From an uncultured Ruminococcus sp. (GTDB taxonomy: Bacteria > Bacillota > Clostridia > Oscillospirales > Ruminococcaceae): 32,397 nucleotides of DNA. The stretch lies in assembly GCA_947177345.1 (NCBI GenBank), contig CAMWUB010000001.1, positions 1-32,397 on the forward strand, in the 5' to 3' direction. The translations under genes and the position numbers were made by a program. This document shows positions 27,279 to 32,397 of this stretch, piece after piece. The notes beneath the pieces are model-generated. The model made no database searches. It was not told the DNA's origin and saw nothing but the letters and a program-made list of their open reading frames with translations. Each line of letters opens with the position of its first letter. Position 1 is the first letter of the stretch.

Positions 27279-28256
27279 TCAGGCCGACGGATAAAATCTG
27301 TCAGCCAGATACAGATTCGCCAATGCGAACACGATATTCTGTTTAGCGGTTTGTTTTTTCAAACCTCGGTATCGAGTTCTGCGATAATGAAAGATATTTT
27401 TCACTACCGCAAATATATGCTCTACTTTACAGCGTAAAGATGATTTTTCATGCTCTTTTTTCTTTGCTTCTGACTGTTCATTTTTTGATAATTTCTGAAT
27501 CATGGATGGTCTCTGATTGATCCTGTACTTTATTTTTTTGCCTTTTTTGTTCTTGAGAATTGCTTCCGGACGTTTTTCTATCCCCAAATATCCACTGTCT
27601 CCATAAACAGTTTTTTCCTTGCCCGACAGCAGCTCTGCCACTGCTGTTACATCGTGTTCGTTGGCGGCGGTGGTTTTCAGATGGTGTACAAGCCCTGTTT
27701 TTTTATCCACTCCTATGTGTGCTTTATACCCGAAGTGCCAGTTGTTTCCCTTCTTTGTAGAATGTGCCTCCAGATCACGCTTCTTTTCACGATTTTTTGT
27801 TGAACTGGGAGCTTCTATCAAGGTAGAATCTACTATAGTTCCCTTTTTGAGAATCAGTTTACGCTCTTCAAGAATTTCGACTACTTCTGCAAATATTTTC
27901 TCCTGAATTCCGTTTTTTTCCAGAAGATTACGGAATCTTCCTATCGTATCTCCATCTGGTACCTCTTTCGGTGAACCAATACCACAAAAGTTTGAAAACG
28001 TCCGGCTGTCTATCACTTCCGTCATTACTTTCATATCTGCCAGATCGTACAGATTCTGAAGCAAGAAGATTCTCAGCATCAATTCCATTGGGTATGGCTT
28101 ATTTCCACGTTCTCCTTTGTAATAACATGGTTCGATCAACTTTAAAAATCTTTCCCACGGTATGATTCTTTCTATCTTTTCTAAAAACTCTTTTTTCCCG
28201 GTTCTGGCTGCTCCGAGTTCATCGTTTATTTCTGCCAGTCTCATTTGTCTTTCCAT
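27279..28256 (-). CDS. IS5-family DDE transposase
   Basis: IIPW..GNKPYPMELMLR, VPDGDTIGRFR, IVDST (D), WHFGYKAHIGVD, YGDSGY (D), RCKVEHIF (E), RYRGL. Confidence 0.95.
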   Translation of the reverse strand: MERQMRLAEINDELGAARTGKKEFLEKIERIIPWERFLKLIEPCYYKGERGNKPYPMELMLRIFLLQNLYDLADMKVMTEVIDSRTFSNFCGIGSPKEVPDGDTIGRFRNLLEKNGIQEKIFAEVVEILEERKLILKKGTIVDSTLIEAPSSTKNREKKRDLEAHSTKKGNNWHFGYKAHIGVDKKTGLVHHLKTTAANEHDVTAVAELLSGKEKTVYGDSGYLGIEKRPEAILKNKKGKKIKYRINQRPSMIQKLSKNEQSEAKKKEHEKSSLRCKVEHIFAVVKNIFHYRRTRYRGLKKQTAKQNIVFALANLYLADRFYPSA

Positions 28257-28262
28257 ATCTCT

Positions 28263-28291
28263 ATTATATCACTTATTTGCCTCTTTTGCAA
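28263..28291 (-). promoter_or_regulatory. Transposase promoter (sigma-A type), probably giving a leaderless mRNA
   Basis: Minus strand TTGCAA-17 bp-TATAAT with TG extension; only 6 nt separate the -10 from the ATG, with no RBS. Confidence 0.65.
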
Positions 28292-28459
28292 CTGTGCGGT
28301 GTTGCCTTAATGCGTTTCCATAGTGCTTTTGGTGATGTCTCTTATTATCTGTTTCTCCTGTACATCATGGTTCTTGCACAGATTATACCGATTATCTTTC
28401 TTTTTTTCCCTGCATATATATTCACCTCCGAAAGCAGATACTAAATCTTTCTTCATATA

Positions 28460-28488
28460 ATTATATCATTACACGCTTCAAAAATCAA
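28460..28488 (-). promoter_or_regulatory. Sigma-A-like promoter upstream of a short disrupted ORF, pointing toward the IS
   Basis: Minus strand TTGATT-17 bp-TATAAT with TG extension; RBS GGAGGTGAA (28429-28421) and ATG at 28415 follow. Confidence 0.5.
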
Positions 28489-28611
28489 GTGAAATATTCC
28501 GGATTTGTACCTGATAATCCACTTTTGTTATGAATAGAGAAACGATTCAGCTTTGGTGAGATGTATAGTTATCCTGCTTAAAAACAAAAATATAATTAAA
28601 ACATAACTAAG

Positions 28612-28640
28612 GAATAATTTAAGCCATTTTGCACATACTG
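28612..28640 (+). promoter_or_regulatory. Putative sporulation (sigma-G-like) promoter
   Basis: GAATA (28612-28616)-17 bp-CATACTG (28634-28640), close to the B. subtilis sigma-G consensus; RBS GAGGTGA follows. Confidence 0.45.
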
Positions 28641-28658
28641 ATTTTGAGGTGATGTAAA

Positions 28659-28934
28659 ATGGCAAAAAAAGGAATGAAGCGTCCCGAATACACTCATACG
28701 CAGCCAAGAAACGACGTGTCTCCTGCACCTGAGATTCATGGAAAAGCTAAGTCTGGAAAGATTCATGCGAATCCTGTAATTGCAGGAACATCAAGTTTTT
28801 CACAAAAGGTATGGCATAATAAATCATACTCACACGAAATTCCAATATCTTCTGCATATCCGACTATCGACAACGACCTTGCACGCGACAATCTGGAGAA
28901 CGATATTCCTGCCGCAGATTTGCAGGATATATAA
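28659..28934 (+). CDS. Small hypothetical protein (91 aa), possibly sporulation-associated
   Basis: Strong RBS GAGGTGA; basic N-terminus MAKKGMKRP, acidic C-terminus; followed by a hairpin. Confidence 0.7.
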   Translation: MAKKGMKRPEYTHTQPRNDVSPAPEIHGKAKSGKIHANPVIAGTSSFSQKVWHNKSYSHEIPISSAYPTIDNDLARDNLENDIPAADLQDI

Positions 28935-28951
28935 AAATCTATTCTAAAATT

Positions 28952-28985
28952 AAACGTCGTTTGCATTTATACAAACGGCGTTTTT
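28952..28985 (+). terminator. Hairpin with T-tail between the small gene and the oxidoreductase (terminator or attenuator)
   Basis: AAACGTCGTTTG..CAAACGGCGTTT (12-bp stem with one G-U pair) running into TTTTT. Confidence 0.6.
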
Positions 28986-29000
28986 ACAATGGAGGACACT

Positions 29001-30296
29001 ATGGAATCAGTATGGAATGTTAATACAAAATTGCCGGAATTTCCGGAACCGGAAAAAGATATAGAAACTGACGTTCTTATTATTGGTGGAGGAATTGCAG
29101 GAATACTAACAGTATATTTTTTGCATCAGAATGGAGTAAAATATATTCTTGTGGAAAAGGACAGAATATGCTACGGTACAACTCGTAATACAACGGCAAA
29201 AATTACTTTTCAGCATGGACTTAACTATCAGAAAATTCTCAGAAGCAGCAGTATAGAAACTGCTCAGAAATATCTGAATGCAAATAAGACAGCTTTTGAT
29301 AAATATACAGAAATGTGCCATAATATCAAATGTGATTATGAAACAAAGGATAATTATGTGTACTCCATATGCGACAGAAAACAGCTTGAAAGTGAAATAA
29401 ACATACTTAGTAGAATTGGCTATAAAGCGGAATTTTGCGAAAATCTGCCAATACCGATAAAAACTGTCGGAGCAGTGAAATTTCTGAAACAGGCACAGTT
29501 TAATCCGCTTGAATTTATTTCAACAATTGCAGGCGGACTCAATATATACGAAAATACTTTCGTGCGTGAAATGATTGGTACTACAGCAGTTACGGATAAA
29601 TGCAGAATAAAGGCGGATAAAGTAATTGTTACAACTCATTTTCCCTTTATCAATAAACATGGAAGTTATTTTCTTAAGTTATATCAGCATCGTTCATACG
29701 TTATTGCTTTGGAAAATGCTCAGTATGTAAATGGTATGTATGTTGACGAAAATCATAAGGGAATGTCTTTCAGGAATTATGGCGGTTTACTGTTCATAGG
29801 CGGTGGAGGTCACAGGACAGGTGAAAAATGCGGAAACTGGAACGAACTGCGTGACTTTGCAAAACTCCACTATCCTGATGCTCATGAGAAATTCTACTGG
29901 TCGGCACAGGACGGCATGAGCCTTGATGGAATACCGTATATCGGTAAATATTCACAGAATACTCCGAATCTGTATGTGGCAGGCGGATTCAATAAATGGG
30001 GAATGACTGGTGCAATGGTATCTGCAATGATACTCAGCGATATGGTTATGGGCAGACGAAGTGAATATGCAGATATTTTCAGTCCATCAAGAAGTATTAT
30101 TAAGCCACAGCTTTTTATAAACAGTGGAAAAGCTGTAAAAAATTTGTTTACTCTAACTACTAAAAGATGTCCACATATGGGCTGTGCACTTAAATGGAAC
30201 TCCGCTGAACATTCATGGGACTGTGCTTGCCACGGTTCACGTTTTTCTGATAAAGGAAAGATTCTTGATAATCCGGCAAATGGCGACTTGAAGTAA
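29001..30296 (+). CDS. FAD-dependent oxidoreductase with C-terminal Rieske [2Fe-2S] domain (YhfW-like)
   Basis: RBS GGAGG (28991-28995) favours ATG 29001; IIGGGIAG, TTAKIT, PYIG, GFNKWGMT; Rieske motifs CPHMGC and WDCACHGSRF. Confidence 0.92.
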   Translation: MESVWNVNTKLPEFPEPEKDIETDVLIIGGGIAGILTVYFLHQNGVKYILVEKDRICYGTTRNTTAKITFQHGLNYQKILRSSSIETAQKYLNANKTAFDKYTEMCHNIKCDYETKDNYVYSICDRKQLESEINILSRIGYKAEFCENLPIPIKTVGAVKFLKQAQFNPLEFISTIAGGLNIYENTFVREMIGTTAVTDKCRIKADKVIVTTHFPFINKHGSYFLKLYQHRSYVIALENAQYVNGMYVDENHKGMSFRNYGGLLFIGGGGHRTGEKCGNWNELRDFAKLHYPDAHEKFYWSAQDGMSLDGIPYIGKYSQNTPNLYVAGGFNKWGMTGAMVSAMILSDMVMGRRSEYADIFSPSRSIIKPQLFINSGKAVKNLFTLTTKRCPHMGCALKWNSAEHSWDCACHGSRFSDKGKILDNPANGDLK

Positions 30297-30388
30297 ATAT
30301 TTTGAATCAAGTAATTTTGTTTTTATCTTGTTTTTTTAATTCTTGAATATGATATAATATAATTGATAGAAAATCGTGAGGTGATATT

Positions 30389-30893
30389 ATGGCAGGGTTT
30401 AAACCAATACCAATTGGAATTGAGGACTTTAAAGAAATAATTGATAAGAATTAATATTTTGTTGATAAAACTTTATTGATTAAAGATATTCTTGATAACG
30501 GTTCAAAAATTACTCTTTTTACCCGTCCGAGAAGATTTGGAAAAACACTCAATATGAGTATGCTGAGAAGATTTTTTGAGAAAACAGAAGATGACAATTT
30601 ATACCTTTTTGATGGACTTTCAGTATCTGAAGCAGGGGAGAAGTACCATAAATATATGGGACAATATCCTGTTATTAGCATCTCTTTGAAAAGTATGAAA
30701 CAGCCTACATGGGAAGAATCATTTTCACAGTTCAAAGAAATAATTGCTAATGAATTTGAACGTCATCAGGAAATTTTAAAATGAGCTTCAATTTCAGAAA
30801 GAAAGAGAAAAAGAATTCAAGGTGTTTTGGAAAATACAGCCGATAACACTGTGTATTTAATTGCATTAAAACTTATCTCCGATTGTCTTTTTC
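30389..30893 (+). pseudogene. AAA-ATPase-like (PF09820-type, normally fused to a PD-(D/E)xK nuclease) pseudogene, 5' part only
   Basis: RBS GAGGTGA; PIGIEDFKEI..*YFVDKT..LFTRPRRFGKTLNMSML..GQYPVISISLK; in-frame stops at 30452-30454 and 30782-30784; similarity is lost before Walker B. Confidence 0.85.
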
Positions 30894-31341
30894 AAAAAGC
30901 ACAAAGAATCAGGTGACTGTCTATTTTAAGGATAAGCCTCCGAAAGTAGAAACCGGAAAATCTCTCAGAAATATTCTCGAAAAGTATGGTGATGAAAGGT
31001 TTAATTCCGAAAATAAACTCGCTGTAAGTCAATTTGAAGTATCTACACCAGATTTTGCTTTTCCGCAAGAAGTATTTCTGATTGATAGTTCCGGACTAGA
31101 TGCCTATGGATATGAGGGACATTAAAATCTTACAATGAGCAGTCTACTCCCGACAATTGATTTCTGTATTTTTGTAACAACATACCAAACAAACAGTGAC
31201 GCAAAAATGAGAAGCGTGTTGGATATTATCGCCGATTATGATTGTCCGTTGATTATTGTTCAGAATATGATTGATTCAATAAAATCAAGTCCGGACGGCA
31301 AAAAGTCGGTTAATGAAGTTGCTGATGAACATCGGAAATGA
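30883..31341 (+). pseudogene. Dynamin-like GTPase internal fragment
   Basis: VFLIDSSGLD (G3-like) and LIIVQNMID (G4-like); ORFs 30883-31125 and 31135-31341 share a frame and are split by TAA; no G1/P-loop. Confidence 0.65.
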
Positions 31342-31717
31342 CTTGAGAAAATCTAATTTCAATAGTCTTATCAAAGCGATGGATATTTTTAACGAAATCC
31401 ATCCTGAAATTGAATACCACAGGTTGTATGGCATTAAAAAGCAGATTATTGAGATTGTCCGGAATACAAGGGAAGATTTACAGGTAACAGAACAGGAAAG
31501 AAAATCTTTGAAGTTTGATTATATAGGATATGGCAGAAAAATTGAGTCTATTTTTGAATCTGTCCAAAGTGAATTGAAGAAAGTTATAAAAATGCTGGAA
31601 GATATTAATAATACTGTTGAAAACATCAGAAATCAGATTTCTAATTTAATAAATCTGACACTTAACAATGTATTTAAACTGCTTGACAATACAACAGATG
31701 AGGAGAATCAAGAATGA
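31313..31717 (+). pseudogene. Coiled-coil fragment, probably the C-terminal remnant of a dynamin-like gene
   Basis: Helical heptad-like composition; no RBS; overlaps the preceding fragment in another frame. Confidence 0.4.
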
Positions 31718-31968
31718 AAAAATATATAGATGATTTACATCTTGTACAGATACTTGATTTTTATACTAAATCAGAAAATAGGTGGTGCAGTTGGCAATGC
31801 CACTAAAAAAGGAGTAACAAATTCCACAGCTGAAAGATGACAGAAGAGAACAGCAGTCACAGATAGAAGAAAAAGTTTATTCCGTTGGTAGTGAAAATAC
31901 AACGGACAGACAGAAATTACAGGATGATTTTTCCTATCTGGAAACTATCACAAAGGAGATGGAACAGG

Positions 31969-32324
31969 ATGTATAATATTTCGGAACTCATGCAGAAACT
32001 GGATATGCTGTCACTACTGTTGGAATTTGCAGATAATCCACAGCTGAAAGTGCTTGCTAAATTTCTTGCAGAATGTATCAGTTCTTCTGAAAGTTTTGTC
32101 ATATTTCTGGGATAAACAAGCAGTGGCAAACCTACACTTATTAACGGACTGATTGGAAAAAAACTTCTTTCTGTGAAAGCGTACCTGACTACTGGCTTTC
32201 AGAAATCATACTAAGTCCGGAAAAGAAAAATGATGGATTCTATGCCGTTAATAAAGATGCAACAATGGAGGAAATTGACCGCCCGACCTGCCTGTCTTTA
32301 ATTGAACAGCCCCCTCAATTTTGA
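31969..32324 (+). pseudogene. Second dynamin-like GTPase, N-terminal fragment
   Basis: Read-through of the TAA at 32113-32115 gives FVIFLG*TSSGKPTLINGLIGKKLLSV, a degenerate G1 motif (GExSSGKSTLIN); a frameshift follows. Confidence 0.7.
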
Positions 32325-32397
32325 GGTTTTTTAAATTTTCATTAACATCTTTATAGCAGATTATTTTTTGTATAATATGAACATTATTTCATAAAAT

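Larger units (their letters stand above)
27171..28306 (-). mobile_element. IS5-family insertion sequence, 1136 bp, apparently intact
   Basis: Perfect 12-bp terminal inverted repeats GGCAACACCGCA (27171-27182) / TGCGGTGTTGCC (28295-28306); TTAA target duplication at 27167-27170 and 28307-28310. Confidence 0.95.

Noticed and set aside
1264-29000. Longer ORF-track starts at 1264, 4779, 9246, 22297 and 28989
   Set aside because: RBS position and domain boundaries favour 1297, 4860, 9288, 22363 and 29001.
31714-31960. Short ORF after RBS GAGGAG near 31700
   Set aside because: It stops after about 30 codons; probably another fragment of the decayed locus, but unassignable.

Overview
Low-GC Firmicutes (Clostridia/Ruminococcus-like) DNA, dominated by a 24.3-kb, 19-gene, single-strand, tightly coupled biosynthetic operon (2848-27115). 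The operon encodes: an MDR oxidoreductase, a FabH-type KSIII, an ACP and a free-standing acyltransferase; a MacB/FtsX-type ABC exporter; an AT-less type I PKS module (KS-ACP); two duplicated stand-alone condensation domains; a Cy-A-T-Cy-A-T NRPS; two type II thioesterases (one with a Cys nucleophile); a type II PKS set (ACP, KS, CLF-like partner); three FabG-type reductases; and a PPTase. I do not recognise this combination as a characterised cluster, and it probably makes an exported thiazoline-containing lipopeptide/polyketide. A perfect-consensus sigma-A promoter drives it through a ~300-nt leader that carries four copies of a ~38-bp operator-like repeat. The left flank holds relics of a mobile element (helicase-like gene, a degenerate copy of it, and an excisionase-like HTH gene). 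The right flank holds an intact IS5-family element, a probable sporulation gene pair (small protein plus YhfW-like FAD/Rieske oxidoreductase), and a decayed AAA-ATPase/dynamin-like locus. All calls come from motif reading by eye; no database searches were run.
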